From the NCBI GenBank assembly GCA_965214705.1, contig CBDCCI010000002.1, positions 224,001 through 288,000 of the forward strand: 64,000 bases of DNA, in the 5' to 3' direction. Made by a program: the position numbers and the translations under genes. Of the stretch, positions 26,555-36,696 are shown in pieces (position 1 is the stretch's first letter; every line of letters starts with the position of its first letter). The notes below the pieces were generated by a model that was given only the letters and a program-made list of their open reading frames with translations, searched no databases and was not told the DNA's origin. Source of the DNA: Alphaproteobacteria bacterium. GTDB lineage: Bacteria; Pseudomonadota; Alphaproteobacteria; UBA828.

Positions 26555-27995
26555 GTGCAAGAAGGCCGCTGCCGGGGCCGCGCTCGCCGTCCTGCTCGCG
26601 GCCGCGCCGGTCGCCGGCACGAGTGTCTCCGGCACGAGTGTCCGCGCCGACGTGCTCACGGAGATGCAGTCCTTCTGGCAGGGCACGGTCTCGAACGTGA
26701 CCGGCCCGACTGCCTTCGAGGGCCAGGCTTCGGGGCACTGGACGCTCGGCAACCTCTACATGCGCGCCCCGGTGCGCTCGGAGCAGATCGCGACGGTGAA
26801 CCTGCCGTCGTTCCGCGCCGGCTGCGGCGGCATCGACGCCTTCGCCGGCGCCTTCTCCTTCATCGATAGCGACCAGCTCGTGGCCTTCGCCCGCGCGGTT
26901 GCGCAGAACGCCGCCGGCTTCGCCTTCGAGCTGGCGCTGGAGACCATCTCGCCGGTGATCGCCGAGACCATGTCGAAGCTCCGGGCGCTGGCGCAGTGGG
27001 TCAACAGCCAGAACCTCAACAGCTGCGAGACCGCCCAGGCGCTGGTCGGCGCGGTATGGTCGAAGAACGACCGCGCGAGCGCCGCGATCTGCGCCGCCAT
27101 CGGCACCTCGCAGGGGATATTCTCCGACTACGCCGCCGCGAAGCACGGCTGCGGCGCGGACGGCAAGCGCAACTCCACTCTGGCGTCGGCCTCCGGCGCG
27201 ATGGCCGAGCAGGTTCCGGTCAACGTCAACTACGCCTGGAAGGCGGTGCGGGCCTCGTCCTTCCTCTCCGGCGACACGGCGCTTGCCGAGTTCGCCATGT
27301 CGGTCACGGGCACGGTGATCGTCACCGCGCCCACGTCCGATTCCGATACCTCCGGACCCCGGGTGCGCATCCTGGAGCCGCTGGCGCTCGACCGGCGGGT
27401 GACCGAGGTGCTGATGGAGGGGGGCGGCGAGCTTCCCGTCTACCGCTGCGATACCGCGGACCGGTGCCTCAACCCGTCGCTCGGGCGGGCGACCGTCCCC
27501 GCGGGCCGGGGCTTCCGCAACCGCGTGGCGATGCTGCTGCGCGACCTGGTGGACGCGGTGAGAGCGGACACCGCGCCGACTCCCGCCGCGCTCGGACTGG
27601 TCAACCTCACGGTGCTGCCGGTCTACCGGGTCGCCAACGTCGCGGCCGCCTACCGGGGCGCGGTGGTCGACCGGGAGATGGACGCGCTCGCCGAGGCCGT
27701 GGCTCTCGACGTGCTGCACGTCTGGCTGTCCGATTTGCACCGGACGGTGGAGGAGCGCGCGGGCGCGCTCGACATCGCCGACGGCGAGCAGCTCGACCGC
27801 TGGCGCGAGGGCCTGCGTTCCAACCGCACAGCGCTCGCCCGGCACCGCTCGGCGGGCCTGCGGCGGTTCAACACCGCGCTCGGAGTGATCGAGAAGCTCC
27901 GCCTCATCGAGACCGAGCTCGCGGGCGCGCTGAGCGCCGATCTCCGGGCCGCATTGGCGTTCTCGCGCGGCGGCGCGGCGGCCGGGTCCCGGTAG
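26544..27995 (+). CDS. traH: F-type TraH
   Basis: NVTGPTAFEGQASG, PSFRAGCGGIDAFAGAFSFI, NSCETAQALV. Confidence 0.93.
   Translation: MITECKKAAAGAALAVLLAAAPVAGTSVSGTSVRADVLTEMQSFWQGTVSNVTGPTAFEGQASGHWTLGNLYMRAPVRSEQIATVNLPSFRAGCGGIDAFAGAFSFIDSDQLVAFARAVAQNAAGFAFELALETISPVIAETMSKLRALAQWVNSQNLNSCETAQALVGAVWSKNDRASAAICAAIGTSQGIFSDYAAAKHGCGADGKRNSTLASASGAMAEQVPVNVNYAWKAVRASSFLSGDTALAEFAMSVTGTVIVTAPTSDSDTSGPRVRILEPLALDRRVTEVLMEGGGELPVYRCDTADRCLNPSLGRATVPAGRGFRNRVAMLLRDLVDAVRADTAPTPAALGLVNLTVLPVYRVANVAAAYRGAVVDREMDALAEAVALDVLHVWLSDLHRTVEERAGALDIADGEQLDRWREGLRSNRTALARHRSAGLRRFNTALGVIEKLRLIETELAGALSADLRAALAFSRGGAAAGSR
26614..26642 (-). repeat. Intragenic 15-bp motif, 2 copies (traH signal-peptide junction)
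   Basis: CCGGCACGAGTGTC TCCGGCACGAGTGTC. Confidence 0.85.
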
Positions 27996-28012
27996 CGGAC
28001 GGAGTGAGCGGC

Positions 28013-30901
28013 ATGTTCGAGCTCTTCACCCTCGGCGGCGGGACCTACCTGGTCGACCTGCTGAACGCGGTCGCCGCCATCACCGGCGGCGGCGCCTATG
28101 TAATGCTGGCCCAGATCGCGGGCGTCGGCGGCCTCGCCTGGGTGCTGTTCCGCACCGCCTTCGGCGGCTCCTGGAAGGACAACGCCAAGTGGGTGCTGCT
28201 GTTCGTCGCCGTCTGGGGCGCGATGATCGTGCCCAAGACGACGGTCAGGGTGGTGGACCGGCTGGACCCCGCATTGGCGCCCGCCGTGGTGGCGAACGTG
28301 CCGATCGGGCTCGCGCTCTTTGCCTCGCTCACCAGCCAGGTGGGCGACGGGCTCACGCGGCTTACGGAGCAGGCGTTCACCCTGCCGAACGACCTCGCCT
28401 ACCAGCGCCACGGGCTGATCTTCGGCGCAAGGCTCGCGGCCAAGGCGACCAGGCTCGAAGTCACCGACGCGGTGTTCGCACGGAACCTCAGGAACTACGC
28501 GAGGCAGTGCGTCTTCCACGCGCTCCTGCTCGGCCACGTCTCGGCCGACAATCTGCGGGAGTCGACCGACCTCTGGACGCTGGTGACGGCCGCGGGCACC
28601 CCGTCGGCGGGCGCCTCGCCCGCGCGCATGGTGGAGTTCGCGACGCGGACCGCGGGCGGCACGGTGGACCGCGAGATCGTCACCTGCCTGGATGCGGCCG
28701 GCAGGCTGAACGCGCAGTGGACCGCCGAGCTCGCCCGCGCCGGCACCGTGTTCGGGCGAAGGCTCTTCCCCGGCGCAGCTACCGACGCGCTCGCCCGCGC
28801 GGAGCTGCTGGCGGCGCTTCCCGCCGCCCACGGCTTCCTCATCGGCGCCTCGCGCTCGGCCGCCGAGATCATGCGCCAGCAGATGACGCTGAACGCGGTC
28901 CACGCGGCGGGCGAGCAGTGGGCGGCCGAGGCCGGCAACGCGGCGGCGCTCCGCGCCTACACCGAAGCGAGGGCCGAGGCGCAGACCGTCTCGGCCTACC
29001 GTGCCATCGGACGCCAGGCCGAGACCTGGGTGCCGCTGCTGAAGATCGTCTTCGAGTGCCTCTACATCGGCGCCTTCCCGATGGCGGTGCTGCTGATGCT
29101 GACGCCTGCGGGGGCGGCGATATTCCGGTCCTACGTCACCGGGCTCGTCTGGCTCCAGTCCTGGGGGCCGCTCTACGCGATCCTGCACCGCATTTCCATG
29201 GGAGAGGCGGCCGAGCGCATGAGCGCGGCGGCGATGATGCCGGGGGGCGACGTCGGCATCTCGCTGGTGGCCCAGGCCGGCATAAGGGCGGTCGCCTCGG
29301 ACGTGGCGGTGATGTCGGGCTACCTCTCGATGTCGGTGCCGTTCCTCGCCGCGGCCCTGGCCTACGGGCTGTCGAAGGCGACCGTGCTCGCGACCTCGGT
29401 GCTGGCCGTCGGCCAGGACGCGGCGTCGTCGGCCGCCCACGAGGGCACCACCGGCAACATCGCGCTTGCCAGCACTGCCTACGACACCCACCGGTTCGCG
29501 ACACTGGAGGGCCGGCAGATCCGCACCTCGGCCCATGTCGATGCGGACCGCCATGCCGGCTACACCCCGGGCGGGGCGCTCTTCACCGTGACCGGCGACG
29601 GCACCGCGGTGGCGGATGCCTCGGCGGCCACCAGCCGCATCCCCGCCGCGGGCATCAGGCTGTCGGAGTCGCTGGCCGCATCCCACGAGGCCCGCGCCAC
29701 GGAGGCCCGCAGCCTCTCGCATCACTTCTCGGCCGAGGCCGGTCAGGCGCGCAACGCCGCCGTGACCGACGCCACCGCACTGGTCGAGCGCTACGCCCGC
29801 GACGTCTCCACGGGCGAGGCGTATGCCCGGGGCGTGACCGAGAGCGAGAGCGCGCAGGCCCAGGCGCTCGAATCGCACATGCAAAAGCTCGCGGAGACGG
29901 CGGGGATCTCGAAGAGCCAGGCGCTGATGCTGACCGGCGAGGCGAAGATCGGCGGGGGATGGAGCAAGATCGTGGAGCTCGGCGCGGGCGGCTCCGCCAC
30001 CTGGCGCGGCCAGACCATCGAGTCGGACGACTGGTCCAGGGTGAAGGACTACGCGGAGCAGCACCAGGTGCTCGACCTCTGGTCGCGGGTCTCGGACGCC
30101 TCGCGGCGCTGGTCCACCACGACAGGCGAGAGCGAGGCGGCGAGCCTGTCCGACAGCCTTGCCGCCAACCTCACCCGGATGCGGAGCTTCCAGGAACGCG
30201 CATCGGTCGCGCTCCAGGAATCCGAGAGCTGGTCGGAGCAGGCGGCGCGGACCGCAACGCAGGCGCAGGCGATCGACCGGGAGCTGGGCCAGCCCTTCTT
30301 CGCCTGGCTCGCCGAGCGGCCGGGCGCCGACGGCAGGCCCCTCGGGACCGCCGCCGCAACCGCCATCGCCCTGCCGCAGACGCCGGAGGACCTGGAGGTG
30401 CTGCGCGAGCATGCCGCCGCGTTCGTGGCCGAGAAGTTCCCCGCGCCCGCCGGCCCCGACCCGGCGGAGATCGGCGGGCGCACCGAGTACGGTGCGGACC
30501 GCGACGAGTTCGCGGACGCGCAGGTCGGCAAGACCCACGAGGCGCATGACGGCTGGGGGAAGGATGTGAAGGAGCGGGCGCGCGCCGCCGGCGCGCCGGC
30601 GCCGGGGGATGTGGACGCGGCTGCGATCCGCGAGCGCGCAGAGACGAAGGCCGACATGACGGTGAGCGAGGCCGGGCGCGAGGCCCGGGCCGGACAGACC
30701 GAAGAGAAAGCCCGCGCAGGCCGCGCCGGCGTGGCGGTCCAGGCCGACAAGCCGCTGGAGCGTCACGCCACCGAGAGCGTGCCGCTGATCGGCGGCTGGC
30801 TCGCCGACAAGCTGTTCGGCACCGCCGAAAACGCCGCGCCGGACGGGGCGGAACAGACGCCCGAGCGGCCCGCGCCCGACCGGCGGGAGCGGTCGCCGTG
30901 A
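28013..30901 (+). CDS. traG: F-type TraG
   Basis: MFELFTLGGG..LNAVAA, VANVPIGLA, WLQSWGPLYAIL; multi-TM N-terminus, polar C-terminus. Confidence 0.92.
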   Translation: MFELFTLGGGTYLVDLLNAVAAITGGGAYVMLAQIAGVGGLAWVLFRTAFGGSWKDNAKWVLLFVAVWGAMIVPKTTVRVVDRLDPALAPAVVANVPIGLALFASLTSQVGDGLTRLTEQAFTLPNDLAYQRHGLIFGARLAAKATRLEVTDAVFARNLRNYARQCVFHALLLGHVSADNLRESTDLWTLVTAAGTPSAGASPARMVEFATRTAGGTVDREIVTCLDAAGRLNAQWTAELARAGTVFGRRLFPGAATDALARAELLAALPAAHGFLIGASRSAAEIMRQQMTLNAVHAAGEQWAAEAGNAAALRAYTEARAEAQTVSAYRAIGRQAETWVPLLKIVFECLYIGAFPMAVLLMLTPAGAAIFRSYVTGLVWLQSWGPLYAILHRISMGEAAERMSAAAMMPGGDVGISLVAQAGIRAVASDVAVMSGYLSMSVPFLAAALAYGLSKATVLATSVLAVGQDAASSAAHEGTTGNIALASTAYDTHRFATLEGRQIRTSAHVDADRHAGYTPGGALFTVTGDGTAVADASAATSRIPAAGIRLSESLAASHEARATEARSLSHHFSAEAGQARNAAVTDATALVERYARDVSTGEAYARGVTESESAQAQALESHMQKLAETAGISKSQALMLTGEAKIGGGWSKIVELGAGGSATWRGQTIESDDWSRVKDYAEQHQVLDLWSRVSDASRRWSTTTGESEAASLSDSLAANLTRMRSFQERASVALQESESWSEQAARTATQAQAIDRELGQPFFAWLAERPGADGRPLGTAAATAIALPQTPEDLEVLREHAAAFVAEKFPAPAGPDPAEIGGRTEYGADRDEFADAQVGKTHEAHDGWGKDVKERARAAGAPAPGDVDAAAIRERAETKADMTVSEAGREARAGQTEEKARAGRAGVAVQADKPLERHATESVPLIGGWLADKLFGTAENAAPDGAEQTPERPAPDRRERSP

Positions 30902-30906
30902 GCGCG

Positions 30907-31314
30907 TCAGATGCCGCGGTCGTGGTTGCGGAGCCCGTGGTCCTCCAGCAGGCGCTCGCGGTCCTCGGCGATGCGCATGTACGCGAACGCGCCGGTGCGG
31001 GTGCTCCAGTCGAAGCCTTCCGCATCGGTGTCGGGAAGACACCCGCGCCCGCGGCCGCCGAAGGCCGGCCGGTCGCCATGCGCGAGGCCGCATCCGAGCG
31101 CGGCGGCGAGGCTGGCGATCGCCGTCCAGGCGACAGCAATCACCCACACGAATCCGACGATCTCGCCGTCCGCGCCGAGGAGGAGCGAGACGGCGGTAAC
31201 GGGCACGGCCAGCGCCAATCCGCCGAGCACGAAGGCGCGCTCCCGCCGGGTGGAGCGGCGCGGCATGCGAGGCCGCCCCGTGCCGTCGGGCGGCGGTGTC
31301 GACGTGCGTGCCAT
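30907..31314 (-). CDS. Small two-TM membrane protein convergent on traG (entry-exclusion candidate)
   Basis: GGAGG upstream of ATG; two hydrophobic segments; stop 5 bp from traG stop. Confidence 0.55.
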   Translation of the reverse strand: MARTSTPPPDGTGRPRMPRRSTRRERAFVLGGLALAVPVTAVSLLLGADGEIVGFVWVIAVAWTAIASLAAALGCGLAHGDRPAFGGRGRGCLPDTDAEGFDWSTRTGAFAYMRIAEDRERLLEDHGLRNHDRGI

Positions 31315-31514
31315 GGCGGAGACCTCCGTTGCAGGGCGCGGGGGGAGCCGGAGGCTGGGAGCGCGGAGCTTCGCTCCCCCTCCGGCCCCGGCTCCTTCGC
31401 CCCGCTTCCGGCCCGGCTCCGCCTCCCGGCGGCGATCGTCGAGTCGATTGAGATTGCCGCGCCGGCTCCCTTCGAGCCGGCACGTCCCACCCCCTGCATG
31501 AAAGGAGATACGAC

Positions 31515-31610
31515 ATGCTGCACATCAACCGGGTGACTCTGCTCGGGTACGCCGGCCGCGATCCCGATCTGCGAGCGCTGCCGGACGGGGGCGGTGGCGA
31601 TGTGGAATGA
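31515..31610 (+). pseudogene. ssb: Truncated single-stranded DNA-binding protein (31 codons)
   Basis: AAAGGAGA RBS; MLHINRVTLLGYAGRDPDLRALPDGG matches SSB N-terminus, then stop. Confidence 0.8.
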
Positions 31611-31661
31611 CCCCAGGCGCCCGGGCGGCAGGGGCATGACTCGAACACGGGAGCCCGGACC

Positions 31662-33728
31662 ATGAGGACGGTCGGCAGCAACACCCTTCGCGGCGGGCAG
31701 ACGGTCTTCCACGGGCTCCGCATGTGGGGCCAGCTCCTGCAGGCCGCGATGTTCCTCGCCGCGATCGCCGTCGTGGCCTTCCCCGTCTGGCACGTGGCCC
31801 GCCAGACCGACGGCTACGACTGGTACGCCGCGGGCATGGTGACCCTCGCCGAGGCCAAGCTCGCGGTGGGCTACCAGGAAACCTCCGGCCAGGAGGTGAG
31901 GATGCGGAACGGGCGATACGAGGTGATCAGTATCCGCGACCTCGCCGCCTCGACCGAAGCGCTGCGGGTCCGGGAGAGGCTGCGGGACCGGGTGTTCGCA
32001 AGCGCGCTCGTCGGCGCGAAGGCATCGGTGGCGGCGATCGTCGCGTTCCTCGCGCTGTTCTGGGTCCGGGGCCGCCAGCTCAACCGGGCCAAATGGCTGC
32101 GCGGCGCCGAGCTTGCGAGCGTTGGCGAACTCGCCCGCCGGGTCCGGCCGCTGCATGTGCGCGCGCGCGACGCCGCGTTGAAAAGGCCCGCGCCCTACCG
32201 CATCGCTGGCGTGCACTTCCCGGATAGGGCCGAGACCCGGCATACCATCGTCTCGGGCACCACCGGATCGGGCAAGACCGTGCTGATCTCCGATCTCGTC
32301 GCCCAGATCCGCGAGCGTGGCGAGCGCTGCGTCCTCTACGACAAGATGGGGAGCTACACGCGGTCGTTCTTCGATCCGGACCGCGACGTGCTGCTCAATC
32401 CGCTCGATGCCAGGTCGCCCCGCTGGTCGCCGTTCTACGAGGCGGCAACCCCACGCGACTTCGACACGATGGCGGCGGCGCTCATCCCCCAGCAGAAGGA
32501 CACCGTCGACCCCTTCTGGGTCACCGCCGCACGCCAGCTCTTCGCCAACGGCGCGGGCGTGCTGAGCGACCGCGGCGTCACGGAGAACAGTGTGCTGGTC
32601 GAGCACCTGCTCAAGACCGAGCTCACGGCCCTGGCGCAAGCGATGGAAGGCACCGTCGCGCAGTCGATCGTCGATCCCGAGAACCCGAAGACCGCGCTCA
32701 GCGTCCGCGCCATGCTCACCGCCCATCTCGGCGCGCTCGAGGTGCTGCCCGACGACGGAACCCCGTTCTCGATCCGCGACTGGATCGCCGGCGACGAGCG
32801 CGGCGGCCACCGAGGTGGCTTCCTGTTCCTCACCTCGCGCGGCGACCAGCACGCCAGCCTGCGCGGCCTCATCTCCACCTGGCTCGAGATCGCGGTCAAC
32901 GCGCTGCTCTCCCTCGACCAGGACGACGGCCGCCGGGTCTGGATCGTGCTCGACGAGCTCCCCACCCTGCACCAGGTGCCCTCGCTCCAGCCGGGGCTCG
33001 CCGAATCGCGCCAGTTCGGCGGCTGCTTCGTGCTCGGCATCCAGGTGGTCTCCGCGCTCCGCGACCTCTACGGCCGGAACGGCGCCGAGACCATATCCGG
33101 ACTGTGCGGCACCCGCGTGGTGCTGTCGGCGCCGGACGAAGACACCGCCAGATGGTCAGCGGCGTCGCTGGGGCGCGCCGAGGTCGAGGAAGCGGTGGAG
33201 GGCTTCTCCTATGGCGCCAACACCATCCGCGACGGGGTCTCGCTCACGCCGAAGCGCGAGCTGCGGCCTCTGGCGCTCGCCTCCGAGATCATGCAGCTGC
33301 CGGCGTTGCACGGCTATCTCCGCTTCCCCGGCCCTCTCCCGGCCGCGCGCATCGCGCTCGATTACGTCGCGCGGACGAAGGCAGCCGAGCGGTTTGTGGC
33401 GCGCCGCGAAGCTTCCGGGGCCGGGCCGGAGAAGGACCCCGCCATCCGCGACCCGGACGGGAGCCGTCGGGACGACGGACCGGCGGAAAACGGCGCGCCC
33501 GGCGAGCCCGAATGGTACGAGGCGGCGGACGAAGCCGCGGCCGGCCCGTCGAAGGCGTCGCCCGGTCATGCCACGGCGTCGGACGAGGATTCCGCCGCCT
33601 CGCGCGAAGGGGCGGACACGGACGGGCCGGCGTCTCCCGACACGGGGGCGGCTTCGGATGGGGAGCAGGCCGAGCCGTCCGAGGGCGAAGAGACGGGGCA
33701 GCCCGGCTCCGGCGGCATCACGATCTGA
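31662..33728 (+). CDS. traD: Type IV coupling protein TraD
   Basis: GTTGSGKT, YDKMGSY, LNPLDARS, DPFW, LDELPTL, ESRQFGG; acidic tail. Confidence 0.95.
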   Translation: MRTVGSNTLRGGQTVFHGLRMWGQLLQAAMFLAAIAVVAFPVWHVARQTDGYDWYAAGMVTLAEAKLAVGYQETSGQEVRMRNGRYEVISIRDLAASTEALRVRERLRDRVFASALVGAKASVAAIVAFLALFWVRGRQLNRAKWLRGAELASVGELARRVRPLHVRARDAALKRPAPYRIAGVHFPDRAETRHTIVSGTTGSGKTVLISDLVAQIRERGERCVLYDKMGSYTRSFFDPDRDVLLNPLDARSPRWSPFYEAATPRDFDTMAAALIPQQKDTVDPFWVTAARQLFANGAGVLSDRGVTENSVLVEHLLKTELTALAQAMEGTVAQSIVDPENPKTALSVRAMLTAHLGALEVLPDDGTPFSIRDWIAGDERGGHRGGFLFLTSRGDQHASLRGLISTWLEIAVNALLSLDQDDGRRVWIVLDELPTLHQVPSLQPGLAESRQFGGCFVLGIQVVSALRDLYGRNGAETISGLCGTRVVLSAPDEDTARWSAASLGRAEVEEAVEGFSYGANTIRDGVSLTPKRELRPLALASEIMQLPALHGYLRFPGPLPAARIALDYVARTKAAERFVARREASGAGPEKDPAIRDPDGSRRDDGPAENGAPGEPEWYEAADEAAAGPSKASPGHATASDEDSAASREGADTDGPASPDTGAASDGEQAEPSEGEETGQPGSGGITI

Positions 33729-33729
33729 C

Positions 33730-36696
33730 ATGGTGGCCTCCATCGGGGCCGTCGCCGCGCCGGCGCAGGGGGCCTCCTACTACGAACGCGACGGCTACTA
33801 CGCGAAGGACTCTGTCGAGCACCGCCAAGCCAGCGCCTGGGCCGGAAAGGGCGCAGTCGAACTCGGCCTTGAAGGTCCCGTGGACCCGGAAACGTTCCGC
33901 GCGGTGCTCGAAGGCCATGTGCCGGACGGCAGCGGAAAGCGGCTGGGGCGCCGGGGCAAGGACGGGGATATCCACCACCGTCCCGGCCGCGACCTGACCT
34001 TCAGCGCGCCCAAGTCCGTATCCCTGGCGGCGCTGGTCGGCGGCGATGCGCGGGTCATCGACGCGCACGATCGGGCCGTCGGCTGCGCGCTCGACTGGTT
34101 CGAGCGGAACGTCGCCGAGACCCGGATGAAGGACCCCGAGACCGGGCGCATGGTCCGCACGGGGAACCAGAAGACCGTGATCGCCACCTTCCGCCATGAC
34201 TCGTCCAGGAATCTCGATCCCGCCCTGCACACCCATTCGGTCATCGCCAACATGGTGCAGGGCGAAGACGGCAAGTGGCGCTCGATGGCGAACGAGCGGC
34301 TCTACGCATCGAAGATGCTGCTCGGCGCGCTCTACCGCAACGAGCTCGCCGGCGAACTCGCGAAGCTCGGATACGGCATCGAGAAGACCCACGCCGACGG
34401 AAGGTTCGAGGTCGCCGGGGTCTCGCGCGACGTCATCGAGGCCTTCTCCACGCGCCGCGCCGAGATCGAGGCGGCGGTCGCTGAGCGCGGAGGCGGCGGG
34501 ACCGCGGACAACCAGCGGCTTGCGCAGCGCGCGGCGCTGATGACGCGCGCAGCCAAGCGCGACGTCGACCGCGAGGCGCTCAGGGTGATGTGGGAGAAGC
34601 AAGCCGGGGCGCTCGGGCTGGACGTGAAGGCGCTGGCGGCGGACGCCCTCTCCAGGGAGGCCGGCAGGGGCGCCGGGAAAGAGGCCGAAGGGGCGATGGC
34701 GGCCGGTCCGGCCGCGGGGAACGGCGCCATGCCCGGCACCGGCGGCGCCGTGGAAGCGGACTCCGCGGCTCGGGCGGGCGCGCCGGCATCGCCGGCGGCC
34801 GCGGCGATGGAATGGGCGGTGGCGCATCTCTCCGAGCGCGAGGCCGTGTTCGCGCGCACCGACTTGCTCGCCGCCGCGCTCGGCTTCAGCCCGGGCGCGG
34901 CGGCGATCGGCGACATCGAGCGCGAGGTCGCGGCGTTGGAGAAGGCCGGGTCGCTGCACGCCGCCCGCCTGCCGGGTCTGGAAGACGCACTCACCACCGA
35001 CCGCGCGGTGGCCGATGAGAAGGAGACGATCTCTCTGGTGGAGCGCGGACAGGGACGCGGCGCCGTCCCGATGCGCGCCCGCGCCGTCGACAAGGCGCTG
35101 CGCAACGGACCGCTCACCCACGGCCAGAAGGAGGCGGTCAGGCTCATACTCGCCGCGAAGGACCGCACCGTCGGCGTCCAGGGCTATGCCGGCACGGGCA
35201 AGACCACCATGCTGAAGCGCGCCCGCGCGCTCATGGAGAAGAAGGGTTACGAGGTGAAGGGCCTCGCGCCCTCGGCCTCCGCTGCACGCACGCTCGAAGC
35301 CGAGGCCGGCATCGCGAGCGAGACCCTCCAGCGCTTTCTCGCCCGCAACGCCGGTGTCGCCGAAGGGCGCATGTCGAGAAAGGGCGCGCGCGAGATGCGC
35401 GCCGCATACCGAAAGACGGCGCTGGTGGTCGACGAGGGCTCCCTCGCCTCCACCGTCCAGGCCCGGGACCTGCTCAGGATCGCCGATACGCTCCGCATCC
35501 CCCGCGTGGTGCTGGTGGGCGATGCGAAGCAGCTCGACGCCGTCGATGCCGGCAAACCCTTCGCCCAGCTCCAGCAGGCGGGCATGAAGACCGCCGTGAT
35601 GGACGAGATCATGCGCCAGCGCGACCCCGCCCTGAAGGAAGCGGTCGAGGCGAGCCTCGCGGGCGACGTCGGACGCGCTTTCGAGAAGCTCGGCGGCAAC
35701 GTGGCGGAGGTCAAAGCCGACAACCTCGCCGGTGCCGCCGCAGCGCGCTGGCTCGCGCTGTCTGCCGACGAGCGCGCGGGGACCGGGCTGATGGCCCCGA
35801 GCCACGGCCTGCGCGAGCGCATCAACGAGATCGTCCGCGAGCGCCTGGTGCGCGACGGTACCGTGCACGGCCCCGCCATGAACGCCGAGCGGCTGGTCAG
35901 CCACGGCTACACCAACGCCGAGAAGACCCTCGCCGCCAACTACGCGCCCGGCGATGTCGTGGCCTTCCACCGCCCCTACAAACGGCTCGGCGTGGACAAG
36001 GGCGACGAGCTGCGCGTCCTCGGCGTCGACCGCAAGGCGCACACCGTGGCTCTGGAAGGAAAGGACGGCCGGGCGGTGGATTGGAACCCCAACCGCCTCG
36101 CCGCCCGCACCGACGGCGTCGAGGTCTACCGGGCCGAGGAGATCGAGCTCCGGGCCGGAGACCGCATCCGGTGGACCCGCAACGATATGGGCCTCGGCCT
36201 CGTCAACTCCGGAATCGCCGAGGTCGCGAAGGTCGCCGGCGGCAGGGTCGCCTTCCGCCTGGAGGACGGGCGCATGCTCGATCTCGCGACGGGCGATCCG
36301 CAGCTCCGCCACATCGACCGCGCCTGGGCGTCCACCGTGCACGCGTTCCAGGGCAGGACGGTCGATAACGTCATCGCCGCGATGGAGGCGAACCATCCCC
36401 ACCTGACCACGCTCAAGAGCTTCTACGTCGAGGTTTCCCGCGCACGCGACCGCGCCGAGCTCGTCACCGACGACAGGGAAGCGCTGAAGGAACGGCTCGA
36501 AGTCGTAACCGGCGAGCGCATCGCCGCGCTCGAAGCGGTCGAGCCGGAGCGGGAGAAGGGTCGGAAGGCGGAATTGGAGGCGGGCGCGGGCCGCGAGAGG
36601 GATACATCGGCATCGCAGGAGCGGCATAAGTCGCTGGAGACGGCATTGGAGCAGACCCGAGCGGCGAAGAGCGTCGACCGCCATCTCGGGCTGTAG
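33730..36696 (+). CDS. traI: MOBF relaxase-helicase (TrwC/TraI type)
   Basis: YYERDGYY, DLTFSAPKSVS, HDSSRNLDPALHTH, FSTRRAEI, QGYAGTGKT, VDEGS, TVHAFQGRT, FYVEVSRAR. Confidence 0.95.
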   Translation: MVASIGAVAAPAQGASYYERDGYYAKDSVEHRQASAWAGKGAVELGLEGPVDPETFRAVLEGHVPDGSGKRLGRRGKDGDIHHRPGRDLTFSAPKSVSLAALVGGDARVIDAHDRAVGCALDWFERNVAETRMKDPETGRMVRTGNQKTVIATFRHDSSRNLDPALHTHSVIANMVQGEDGKWRSMANERLYASKMLLGALYRNELAGELAKLGYGIEKTHADGRFEVAGVSRDVIEAFSTRRAEIEAAVAERGGGGTADNQRLAQRAALMTRAAKRDVDREALRVMWEKQAGALGLDVKALAADALSREAGRGAGKEAEGAMAAGPAAGNGAMPGTGGAVEADSAARAGAPASPAAAAMEWAVAHLSEREAVFARTDLLAAALGFSPGAAAIGDIEREVAALEKAGSLHAARLPGLEDALTTDRAVADEKETISLVERGQGRGAVPMRARAVDKALRNGPLTHGQKEAVRLILAAKDRTVGVQGYAGTGKTTMLKRARALMEKKGYEVKGLAPSASAARTLEAEAGIASETLQRFLARNAGVAEGRMSRKGAREMRAAYRKTALVVDEGSLASTVQARDLLRIADTLRIPRVVLVGDAKQLDAVDAGKPFAQLQQAGMKTAVMDEIMRQRDPALKEAVEASLAGDVGRAFEKLGGNVAEVKADNLAGAAAARWLALSADERAGTGLMAPSHGLRERINEIVRERLVRDGTVHGPAMNAERLVSHGYTNAEKTLAANYAPGDVVAFHRPYKRLGVDKGDELRVLGVDRKAHTVALEGKDGRAVDWNPNRLAARTDGVEVYRAEEIELRAGDRIRWTRNDMGLGLVNSGIAEVAKVAGGRVAFRLEDGRMLDLATGDPQLRHIDRAWASTVHAFQGRTVDNVIAAMEANHPHLTTLKSFYVEVSRARDRAELVTDDREALKERLEVVTGERIAALEAVEPEREKGRKAELEAGAGRERDTSASQERHKSLETALEQTRAAKSVDRHLGL

